The translations under genes were made by a program, and so were the position numbers. This document shows, in pieces, positions 13,667 to 25,502 of a DNA stretch of 64,000 bases; the first letter of the stretch is position 1; every line of letters begins with the position of its first letter. The notes under the pieces were generated by a model that saw only the letters and a list, made by a program, of their open reading frames with translations, was not told the origin of the DNA and did not search any database. The DNA comes from Ascidiella aspersa (lineage: Eukaryota): positions 29,264,001-29,328,000 of the forward strand of contig OZ004611.1 of the NCBI GenBank assembly GCA_963924565.1, written 5' to 3'.

Positions 13667-15595
13667 AATTAGACCACAGGCCCGCAAATGTAAAGACCCT
13701 CAAAAATAAAATAAAAAACGTGTTATTTAATATTTGTTTGCGTGTTACTGAGCCACAAAAAGATTAAACTGGAAATGTAGGGTTTCAGGGATTTTAGATA
13801 CTTAACATTTAATTCCGATACCCGATAATTTGGACTAAAAGCATGCGGCCCAATACCAACTGACGTTATACCTATGGTCACACAAATAAAATAGGAAAAT
13901 TGGAACATTTAAAGTTATTTTTCTTGGTTATTGCGTCAAAATTTCATATTAATTTTTTGATCGGATCGGTATTGACAACACCTGAGTACCGATACTACCA
14001 CTCGATATCGGGTATCGGCTCCCATCGGATAATATCGGACATCCTTAGTGGTTATCAAAGCCACAGACGTTTATTGGGATTTACTCGATTGAAAATTTTA
14101 GTTATTTCTTAATGGTTCCTTTCAACGTTTGGATTTACTACAAAGTTATGAATTTAAACATCGCCAAAAACTACCTTACCTTCAAAGGAACAGGATCTTA
14201 TTCCACTTCAGTCTTGATTCCAGGGTCTTCTCATTCCAGCTCCCACGAAGAATCTTCGAGAAAAAAATTAGTTCAGGCATGTTGTCGAAATATTCCACAG
14301 AATAGTCAAGACATAATGAATAGTGATATAACATGCAAATTGTAGGGCTTTCCAGAAAACGAAATGAAACCAATAGACTGGTGCTACTTGGCATTGTATC
14401 CAACATAAACGGTCGTCTTGCAAACATTTTTAAAACGCCCGACGCTCCGATTACCTAATTGCCTTGAAGGCAATAAACTAGCGCCATGTTTTTAGCGTTC
14501 TGTTTTTTGGTTGTTTGTCAAGCTGCTAGATTATTGGGGGAACATTCGCTTGCCCAAATAGCTTTTTCTAAAAAAAAAAAAAGTTAGATTACTCTATTAT
14601 ATAAACGAAGTGTTTGCGCTTGTGATAAAAATCTTTGCCCGACGAAAGACTCGCAACTTCCATAGAAACTATCGCAGATTTTTCACTTTATAGTATGAAC
14701 CCTGATTGAATTAACTCCACTCTACCTGAGATTCTGTATAAATAGGTTGCGCAGTGACTACATAATATTGCGACATTTAACCTGCAATGCATCACGACTA
14801 AAATTAACCTAAAATCAAGTTTTCCTTGAATCACGGCTACACGCTCGTACTAATCTGAAACAACCTTTTTTCAGATTGATTCATCCCACATTTCCTCAGG
14901 AGATTTTGCCGCCAATCAAATTACATTCCAAGGCGTTTCAGTGGTAACCGGCTTTAAGTAAAACAAACTTTTTGCTTATTTAAATTGGGTGATGTTATTC
15001 AAAATGTTACGATAGGTTGCAAAACGTTTACAGGTAAGGTTTTATGGGGTTCTGAACAAAATAATACCAAGTGTAGCCTTATCAAGCATTACTCCATTTA
15101 ACCCAGTATTAAGTCAATGACTTGATCAAGTGTATTTATTCACTTTTTTCAATTTAAGCATTTTGGTCAAACTGACTTGAATTTGATATATTTTTTAAAT
15201 TGGTTGATATATTCTTATAATACTGACGTATGTGCTTGCGATCAAGACGCACAAAACCACACATTGTGTTTCAACATGTGATAGAAAATACATATGCGTG
15301 TAGTTCTTATGGCAAATTCGGAACTGGATAAACTTATTTCGGGGATGGAAAAATATATTCCGCTGGCAACTATAAAATAAAGTTTACACAGTATACGTTG
15401 GTTTGTTCTCTCCAATGTAGTACGTTTAAACCAGACCTACTATCGATTAACAAAATTTTGATCAAGTACTTTAAAGTCCCGCGGTGAATATGGCAATCTT
15501 GATCAGGCCTGGTTTCGTACACGGGTCTCCGTTTCAAATGCACACGAAGCTCACGAAATGTAAGTGCAATCACAGGTTTGTGCAATTCCGTAAAC

Positions 15596-15930
15596 AAGTG
15601 GTTCCCAAACTGTGGGCCATGGCCAAGTAGTGGGCCATGAGACCATAGTTCTATTTGAAAATATTGCAACTACTCATTTTTTACGAAAATAGTTGTTGGC
15701 ATAAACTGTGCGTACTAGGTGTTTAACTTCAACAGACTGATCAGAAATTTAATAAAGTTAAATTTGTTGTTAGACAAATGGTTACATGGAATAAAAATGT
15801 TTATAATATTGGAAAACTTTTGTTAATCAATATGCACTAGTCATAACTAGAGGTGAAAAAAACGATGGGCCACCATCTGTTTTGTAAAAAAAACAAATGG
15901 CAACGGAATAAAATAGTTTGGGAACCACTG
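15596..15930. mobile_element. hAT-type MITE
   Basis: AGTGGTTCCCAAAC / GTTTGGGAACCACTG ends with TSD CCGTAAAC/CCGTAAAT. Relatives at about 38413-38690 and 53739-54045. Confidence 0.8.
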
Positions 15931-16793
15931 CCGTAAATAAAGCCACATTACCTCGTGTCAGCACGTTTGTACCTCAATGGCTTTGCGTATGTTGCGTGCC
16001 CTCACACGGCCGGTGTACAATGCTGTTCTGATAAACAACGCTATTTTGGCTAGCTCCAAATGCACCCGTTTGACCGCTAAGTGCATTGCTATAATTTCGC
16101 TGCTTTTCATTTTGACTTTAAATTGATATACAGGGCGCCGAAATAAAAAGCTCTCACTTTCGATTTGCAAATGCCGTTACCATGTACCAGTATTCAGGAA
16201 TTCATCCGGAGAACATTTTTAGGTTTTAAGTTTTATCAGTTGGACGCTTAGAAGATTTAGAATAAAAAAATAATGTGATGATTTTTCATGAGTCAAAAGT
16301 TGCAAAGGCCAAAAACAGTTAACAGTTAAGCTGCTGGGCTGCCGCTGAGCCAATAGCAAAAGGATCGTGATGTAAATAAATTTAGATAAGTTTTCTATAA
16401 ATCATATATATTATCCACAAGTATGTATAACAAAGGTCTGATTCGCTCGTGTATTTACAACATTTTATTATTATAAAATTAAGGTATTTATTGTAAACAG
16501 TTTAGATTGCTACCTGTTGTTTTTTTGTTATTTTTTAGTTGGATTATTGCTCCTAATCCGACGAGTTTACCAAATCTAATGGTTTACCGTTTCATTGTTA
16601 TATTAGTGGTTTGATTTGGGCAACTGATGACTGGGACTGGGACTTGCTTTGTAATTTTTTGAAAAGACTGGACTTACACCCAAGTATTTTACAAAAAATG
16701 TGACTTAAGCCATTTCAAAATGACTTGCTTACAACACTTTCAGAAACCCTGAAGGACGAAGGTACTCCAATTATAGATAAAATTAATTGAGAA

Positions 16794-19700
16794 ATGTTGC
16801 GCTGGGCGGCGATTGCATTACTCTTCTGTCTGTTGGGCCATGAGTGCGCGACAGCAAACTGGCATAGGCGGGATGCATATGAGTACTGGATCGACACAAC
16901 GCCTCACAACTTCGAAGGCGCCAAACTGGCCTGTGAGCGAATGAATGCGTCCCTGGCCAAAGTTGATTCGTGGGCCGTTGACAAATTTGTGACGCGCTTT
17001 ACAGGTGAGTGCTGAGTTCTCGTCAGGGCTGCGAAAAAAGGACTGGCGAGTCTGGCTGCGTGGTCGGAGCCAGACTCAAAACTCTGTGACGCAGTCAGTT
17101 TATTTGAACAGAAACTGACTCGGGGCAAGAGTAAAACTGTACAACACTACCGGAGTCCCAAGTCCGACGTGCTGCATATGAGCAACATAGAAATGCTTCT
17201 GTTTATTAAATATACTTTTTTTAGCGTCTTTACTGGTGGTTCGTTGTTTTAAGTTGTTCAGATTTTATTGTGAACGCGCAATGCCACTCTTTTTTATGAC
17301 AGGCTACATATAAAATACATGTTTTGTTTTCGGCTATGCTGCGTTTCTCGATATTTCGCCAAAACACCAACCTAGCAGCAAAATCGACCGTTTTTCACTT
17401 GGCGTTGAACGCCTATTCAAGTAACAAATCGCCAAATGTAAAGTAGGTTCAAGTAAAACTTGACAATTATGCAAAAGTTGTTATGCATTTTGTGGTAGCA
17501 CTGGTCATATCGATGCCAATCCAATACCAAACTAATCCTAGATATTTAAACATGGATTGCAGCTCAACCCAACGTTTGATAACGTACAAGACTTTTTTAA
17601 ACATATTCAATATCAATCAAAATAAAAAATTTTGAGAGTAAAGAGGTCATAGTACTGGAGGAATAAAGGGCGTTTTGAGACAACATACAACTAAAATAAA
17701 GCAGATTTAGAGTTAAACTTTGAATACAATTCAGGTCGTATGAAAGCTGTCAAAAAAGTTAATGTGTTTGCACTTACTAAGAGTTACACATCCTACATAA
17801 AATATGGCGACTTTGTGATTTTCTTCAGGGAAGACCATTGGATATTTCATTGGTCTGAGGCGATACCAGGACTACACGTTCAAGTGGCTCAACGGAGATC
17901 TTGCGTTGTATTCAAATTGGGGAAGAGCCCAGCCGAATATTAGCTACCAGGGACTTGACGAGCAATGTGTGGTGGTAGTTTTCAGGCCAGATGGCTTCGA
18001 ATGGCACGACCAGCTTTGCAGCAAGCCAGCTGGCAGAATTTGTCAAAGACCCTACGGTAACGTTGGTTTTTTGTCAGTAATTTTCAGAGAAAAATGAATA
18101 ATGCTAATAGTTTTACTGTCTAGGCCTGCTGCAAAACTGCCAGTATTTAGGCATGTTGCAAAACTGCCAGTTGCTGGCCTTATTACATGGTACTTGACTT
18201 AGGTAGACGGTTTAGCCTTGGTTTCGAAATTAATTTAGACCAGTTTGTTTTACACTTGGGTTGGTTAAATTATTTTGTAAAATGATTTGTTCAAAACTTT
18301 TACGATTTATTTATTGCAATGTGTCTATAATAATAGGTTTGGTGCCCAAAATTTGCGTTTATTTATTCATGTATTTTGTCACTTGTGAGCAGGGCTGCGG
18401 AGTCGAAGTCGGACTCGGGACTCGGGACTCCGGTGTATTTTTTTGGCCGGAGTCGGACTCGGGTTGTTTTTAACCGACTCCGCAGCCCTGCTTATGAGTG
18501 CCGTGTATAAGCGAACACACATGAGCATGCAGGTAAAAGACACTCACTTATGCATTGCCAATAAAACCTTAGAACTGTTTGTTTCCAAAGCTAAAAAGGC
18601 CTTTTTTTAGGGCGTAAAACATTAAAATGGAAGGTATATCGATATAGGCTACTGTGTTAGGTACATGCATTGTTGATGGCTATTTTGGACAAACTCGGCT
18701 GGCACAACAGTCGTGCATTTAAACTTTATTGGGTAGTTTTTATGACACAGATGGACCTTTTTAGCTGTTGAAACAGCTTGCATAAAATCGACATCAGGTA
18801 TGCTACTACTATACTGAACACTTCTGTTAGATTGCTTTTTCCCGGCCAATTCCAATTTACTCGATTTTCATTTATTCAGGTATGAAAGAACCGACACAGA
18901 AAAGCAGCGACATTGAGCAGCTAATTCAAATTACAGACGGTATAAGCATATTTTAAAATGACTTAAGTCCCAGTCAAGTTAATTGCAAAAAAGTCCAAGC
19001 TAATAAAAGTCATTTTAAATAAATAACAATTTAAGTCCCAGTCAAGTCACTATTAGAGCAAGTCAATTTAAAGTTAAGTCCTTGTCATAAATATTAACGT
19101 TAAACTATTAAAGGGTAAACTAGTCCTATTATGATTTGTTAGTGAAAAATGGTTAAAGAAAACACTTCGTTTCAGCACAAGTCATTTGTCTGAAAGAGTT
19201 AAGTCAAGTTAAGTCATTTTGTCAAAAATCCTTAAGTCAAGTCATCTAAAAACTGTGACTTAAGTCATTACAACCCTGTGTATAAGCTTTACTAACATTA
19301 CCATTAGAACTTTGAAATAGCATTACCTATATGAAACGAGCACTATAGATTTTAATTTTTCATATTAAATGCATGCAATTATAAAAGCAATTTGGGAGTT
19401 CAATAAAGTAACTGAACCATGAGTTATATACGTTCAGATACTATGTTAATTACCACTTCTAAAGTCTTACTGACGAACGATAACGGTACACGTATTATAA
19501 GTAGGCCTACAACTGCTAGTGTCTTCGAATAGTGTTCAATGGAATTAGTTTGCCTCCTAAATACTTTGTAAACCGATTTTCTTGTTTTTATAGGTCCTAA
19601 AATCGGTATGATCGAGGAAAACAAACCACATAACATTGGGAAGATCGTTCCATACGCTCCAATAAGAATCGGTAATTCTGCTTTATCAACTTGGCCAGTG

Positions 19701-22012
19701 GTTCTGCAACTATGCCTAATGTTATTATGTCTAAAATAAGGTTATTTTGTATCTACAACCTTTAAAAAAGTAAACTAATTTATGGTAACCTAATGTTAAA
19801 GTTTAAATACATATATTTACTTTTCTTGTAAGGTCCAGAAATTCGCACAGCTGCGAAGAAACCTAGGATGCAAATCACAACGATGGAGAGCGGTAAAATG
19901 AACAAGAGTAATCTGTTTCATTGTATAGAGCCCATTGGTGCTTAACTATTCTTTCCTGGCCGCGACCTAACTGATCCCCTGTACTATCGCTAGGTACAAA
20001 TTAAGTGGTTTATCAAGAAGCCATGGGAAAATATGTCAAGGAAAATATGTCACTAGATAAAAAATAATGAAAAAAAAAAAAAAAGATAAAAGTTACTAAT
20101 ATTTAAGTAACGTATTTTTTATGGGTTCACAACAACTTATAAATGAATGACTTTGCTCGAGGGAAAGGCAAAAAAACAATTTCTTCAATTTGTCTTCATT
20201 GCCGGCATTTACCCATATGGGCCTTTTTCACATTCAGTTTGCCAGATCTACGTGGTTAATGCTTGTAAATTTATGCACATACAGGGCTGCTAAATAGCCT
20301 ATGGGCAAGAATCCGGACTTCGACGGAGTTTTTTCGTATTTTTGGCTGGAGTCGATTTGATTTGTAGGGCGGAATCTGTTTCGTGAGTCGTGCTCGAGTT
20401 GTTTTAAACCGACTCCGCAGCCCTAAATAACAGTTGCAAGGTTAACCAATGGACATTTACCCAACCTTTTAACCAGTATCCAACCACAAGAAGCCGCTTG
20501 AAAAGACATGTCCGAACTTGGTTGCCGTGGTTTGGATTTTGTCGCTGCTACTTTTCATATCTATCTGCTTCAATATTGGATTCGTCTGCACCAAAAATTC
20601 GTACGTTCTTGTGTATATATGATACAGTACCGGTACCTAAAAGTTTGAGGCTTGTATTTGCTAGGGTAACTTTAAGTAAGACTGATGTTTTGCTTCCGTG
20701 CCTAAAGGTTAAAGACTTGAGTGTTTACCGTTTCATATTGTAGTTCTAGAATCTATATCATGATTTCCAATTCCTCGAACAACTCAAGTAAAAAATAACA
20801 TAAAAGCAACATGTTGCAAGCAAATTCTTTTATGCTCAAAGATTGGGATAAATAACGCAATTTTTTAATAATTGCTTAATTAAAACAATTCATTTTAACC
20901 CTAGTCATTTGTCCAAAAGACTTAAGTCAAGTCAAGTCATTTGCCCAAAAGACTTAAGTCAAGTCAAGTCATTTGCCCAAAAGACTTAAGTCAAGTCAAG
21001 TCATTTTGCCCAAAAGACTTAAGTCAAGTCATTTAAAAACAGTGACTTAAGTCATTACAACACTGGGTCAAAGTCTAAATCTCGTTTTGTAGGTCAACTC
21101 CGGGTGAAAAGTACGAAAAGGACAAAGATGAAGTTTCAGGAAGAGTATGGTCTACCAGCAAAAAAGATTCCCAGAGGAGTACAAAAGGTTAGGATAAAAG
21201 TTTTGTTGGATCAAGGATGGTCAACATTTAGGTTCAATTTTTTTTGTTTACTTCTAATACAAGTTTTTATATACTTTCAGTTTAAAGTACTATCAGGGTT
21301 GCACAAGTCATTTTAAAGTCTCAGTCCAGTCATTTGTGAAATAATTTAAGTCCAGAGCAAGTGAATTCCTCCTCCTTGTCATAAAAGAATTAAACGATAA
21401 ACTAATAAAATTTTTAAACTTATTCAATTGTGAGCAACAACCTAATTAAAAAACAACAACAAAAGTACTTAAGTCAAAGTTAAGTCGTTTAAAAATAATA
21501 AACCTAGCCTAACTTAAGTACACTTAAGTGATGTCATTGACTTAAGTAATTACTTGAGTGTTGTAATTTGAGATTATTTGGTAAATGAATCGTTTGAATC
21601 GTATGGACAAATTAGCATTTTGAGAAATGCGATACTTAACAAAGTGTCATTTCTGAATATGCTTGATAACTTTATCACAAACACCATACAAGTAAAGCAA
21701 GGTCGTTCCCATACGATTTTAATGATTTCGAACGCCGAATGAATATCTCTCCCCGTAGATCACTCTTGTTTTTGTTAGCGCCAAAACGATAGTTGTTTGA
21801 ACATTTTCTTACTTTTTAAAGCTGAAGCACAGGGTAAGATGAGTGACAACGAAATAGCTTACGACAGCTTCGACCCTTGGAGCTCCGTTCAGGGAAAAGG
21901 ACGGAAAACAAGTGAGCACAAGGCTGACAATTCAACTTCATTGCCTGGAATGATGGATAGACCCGGAACCTTTCAACCGAATTTTGCAAACTTCGACAAT
22001 GCCTTCGTTTAA
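16794..22012 (+). CDS. Type-I transmembrane C-type lectin domain protein (348 aa, 8 exons)
   Basis: Exons 16794-17004, 17829-18056, 18880-18939, 19594-19671, 19833-19892, 20477-20600, 21093-21187 and 21822-22012 are phase-consistent (1047 nt). Signal peptide MLRWAAIALLFCLLG; CTLD (F.GAKLAC...LAKV, YFIGL, YSNW...QPN, EQCV, WHDQLC, ICQ); stalk; TM segment LVAVVWILSLLLFISICFNIGFVC; cytoplasmic tail. Confidence 0.88.
18390..18490. mobile_element. Short GGAGTC-repeat MITE
   Basis: TIRs CAGGGCTGCGGAGTCG / CGACTCCGCAGCCCTG with TSD CTTGTGAG/CTTATGAG. Relatives at about 17025-17170, 20282-20425 and 34415-34488. Confidence 0.85.
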
Positions 22013-23373
22013 TGTGTTAAGTGATCAAACAAAAACACACCTAAATTTCTCGAATTTTCTAAAGGGTTTTTTAACTTGATAAAGTGGTTTTAACTTTATT
22101 AAACAAAAAAGTTCTTTGCGTGTTTGGATTTGTTACGTCAATGAAGTGTTTTTGTGGCGTACGGTAGTTCTGTAATGGTTAGAAACGTTGTGCTATTTGT
22201 ATTTCACGGATTCTATAACAAAAATTGTTCCACTGCCACAAGCCGTTTTTATCACACCAAGCGCTTTAAGTAATTTTAATTACTATTTCTGGTACCGGTA
22301 CACAATAGCGCCATTAGTAAGGCTAATTTTGCTTGAGACATAGCTTGTTTTATCACAATGTAGGCCAAGGCTAAAACCTTGTCAGTTACTATAAACTTTT
22401 ATGCGAACTTCGAATTTAGTGTCATGTTTGTAGTGTTAATGATGAACAGCAAAAAAGCGAAACCTAATGACGTTTCTAATGTGTCTTATGGGCTATTTTG
22501 ATAGAATCTTATTTTTGCGCAAAGGTACCGGTAAATCAAAGTTTTGTCAGACCAAATGATAGGTTATTTTGCTTCATGCACATCGATAACATCCTTGAAA
22601 TGTAAGTTTTGCTTCAAAGTGTCACCTCGCCAACGAAAAACTTTGACAAAATAAAGAATCGTGTAGTGTTCTCAAGGTTACTTTTTTATGACCCCCCACC
22701 CCCGTTGGTTAGCGTTATAATGCCTCGCCAATAGCGCCTAACAAAAAACGTAAGAACCTGCCAATTTAAGACGCACAAACTGAAAAGGTTTGTCGAGAAG
22801 ACAACTCTGGCAAAAATATTAGATATTTACGGAGTGATGAAATAGGAAGTAGTGTTTTGGTTAGGTAAGAAGTAATATTGTAGTGCAGTTTAAGCCTTTC
22901 TCTGACGGGTTGAGGTCTCATTTCACTGAAGATTATATTCCAACTTAATTTAAGGCCTGTCTTTCGCCTTATTTTGACTATGTTTTTTTTCGAAAATAAT
23001 GGTGTTCTAATTCTGATTTCACTTAGTCAAACTAAAATTTTTTAAGCGCATAAACAGAAGGCCGGGCTTTATATTTCTCCACCGATGCTTTTTTTGAAGC
23101 GTTTAAAATACGCTTTTCCAGCAAAACAAATTGTCGAAACTTAATCCGTTTTTCACGCTGAAGAGTTAGCTCTGCAGCGTTTTTCGGCCAAACCGAAAAA
23201 AGTTCTATGCGAACGTATGTATCCATATGCACACTTGTGGGTTTAGCTTACGTACCGGATGGCACGCGCTCCAAAATGGATGCAATTAAGTGCATTGGCG
23301 TCCTGGTTTAGCGGATGTGAAGAAAACAGAGACTTGCCACTTTGTGTATGTTTACTGTTTAAATGGATTAAAA

Positions 23374-24002
23374 CAGAGGCGTGCAACATACGGCCCGCGA
23401 GACCTATTTACGTGGCCCGCACAGACTTCGTCAAGTATCCCTTTGTTTTGTTTTTAAATTTTCACTGTTTAAGAAGTTATTTGTAACGGAATCATTGGCA
23501 TTTATCAATTTGTATTACGTCACACTCTCCGAACCTCGATTATTGCGTCATAGTCTGAATTGTAGTAAAACTGCCTTGTTTTGCTTGCAAAAAGAAAGGT
23601 TGATAATGAAAGCTGGAAATTCAACAAGCAAGATGTAGTTTGCCTGCTTTGTCAAAACGTTATATCAGTAGTAAAAGAGTATAATTTCTAAGGGACACTA
23701 TAGTTAAAAACACTCTAATTATGATAGCGTTGTAGGTCAATTGCGGGTTGACAAAATGCTGCAATTGAAAAATTCTTTGAGCAAACAACAAGAGGTATTT
23801 CATTGTTATAAGAAAGACGTTGAGCTTGTTACAAAACTGGGCTATAAGTTATCGAAAGCAATTGCCGAAAAAGGAAAGCCTGTTCAAGACAAAATTCAGG
23901 AATCAGCTCACAGATGAGCACTTGTTAAGTGAACTTCGAGTTGGCACTTCTGCCAAAACTAACAAGATCTCTGGTGAGAGAAGATATCACACATCTCATT
24001 AA
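23374..24002 (+). mobile_element. Internally deleted, decayed hAT transposon (Buster/SPIN/GTF2IRD2-EPM2AIP1-like transposase remnant)
   Basis: 5' TIR-like CAGAGGCGTGCAAC..CGGCCCGCG. Frameshifted translation CLLCQNVISVVKEYN..HY..KHSNY...G.LR.DK..QLK..L..QQ..F...VTKLGYKLSKAIAEKGKP is fused to the C-terminal KFRNQLTDEHLLSELRVGTS. It is absent from the duplicate copy at about 25849. Confidence 0.8.
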
Positions 24003-24083
24003 TCGCTTAATGAGGCTTAATTAAATCGCTTAATGAGTCAGAATGAAAATAGCTGAAAAATGTATTTAAAGTACACTGACTTA

Positions 24084-25480
24084 ACACATCTTAAAGCTGG
24101 ACATAAATAAATTCCAAAAACATTCAAAAACTTTTCGAGATTTTTTTCTGAAGACATTTTAATACGTAAATCAATTTAAGGACATTCAAAGAACCCTGTA
24201 GTAGTTAGATGAGCTATATATAACATATATATATTATATATGTTAGTGATGTAGTTTTTTGTTTTGTAAAACTCTAAAAATCCTTTTCAAAACAAAACCA
24301 GACACAGAAAATACAACTCTCTATCTCTATTTTTTAGAATCTATTTACAATATATTCGCTTTAATCTCTTGTATGGCACGTCAAAGAAAAAGCCTTGGCG
24401 TATTGCACGAATCACAAAAAAACAGCTACACAAATGACAGTAATTCATGAATCTCGTAAGGCGCTCAAGATAACAGTGAAAAAACTGGAAGGACTAGAAC
24501 TTCCAACAGTTACATCGGCGTTATTGTTAAAAGTATACGAAAGCAGATTGAAATCTAATTTCACGCAAAGAGACACTTCTACGAAGAGTTAATTTAAGCC
24601 AATTAAAACATTAATCTGAATAATGTCGAAAGTGTTCTTTGCACTTTGAAACTTTAAACTATAGTTTCAATATTATCGTTTTTTTGCAATAACGTTGTGC
24701 TTATTTGTTTCAGAATGGAAGAACTAAAAAATTTAAAAGGCACAAACATAAATATCGTTATTTGGGATTGATACTATATGGCCTTATTTCATTTGAGGAT
24801 AAGGATGTCGTTACTTGTTTAAACGACGTACGGCTTTATTTCTAAATCGAGAAGAGATTTTTTCATGCAACTAATGTGCACAAGTCAAATAAATTTGAAC
24901 AGAAAAAAAGAGTGCTCCATTTTTAAATTAGTTTAGCTAATTAACAGGTCCTAAGCTGTACAATTAAACAGCAATCAGTAACATTAACGTATTTTCAGTT
25001 CGCGGTAGCTACACTAACAATAGAGAACCAGGCAAAATTCGACGAACTTAAAAAATTCCACTCCGCAAAATAAATCCCGGTAGTTTTTACTAGCCAGGGA
25101 TTTGTTTTCTAATACAAATTTTTTAATGTTTGTGCTGTTTATAAAGGCATAGATTGGCAGTGGATGTTGTAAAATTTATCTTGCACATGGAAGGGCAAGC
25201 GCAAAACCCCCAAAGATCGGGGTAGTTTTGCTAATTTACGAAATCTGCTCGAAAATGGGAAAAGTAAGCCGCCAAACGCCGAACTTGACTCATCAAGAAG
25301 GCAAAATACGTGTTTATCCATGGAATAAATGGCCAAACCGACTAGAACCGTTCAAGTCCCGCGTTTCAAAAGAAAAACTAACTGGGTAGCTGAAACCCAA
25401 AAACTTAAAGCAATCCTTGACGTCAAAATTTGGCAAAGAAGAGAAAAAAAAAGTATCTCCGCGTAAAACGTCCCCAAATT
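24084..25480. repeat. Copy A of a local duplication of about 1.4 kb
   Basis: Colinear with 26173-27928. The identical 65-aa spurious ORF appears at 25139 and at 27586. Confidence 0.93.
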
Positions 25481-25502
25481 AATACAGACGGTGGGACCTC
25501 TA

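Noticed and set aside
14182-14427. 81-aa ORF as the first coding exon of the orphan gene
   Set aside because: It stops 2 nt before the donor and the other frames are also closed, so it is treated as UTR or a uORF.
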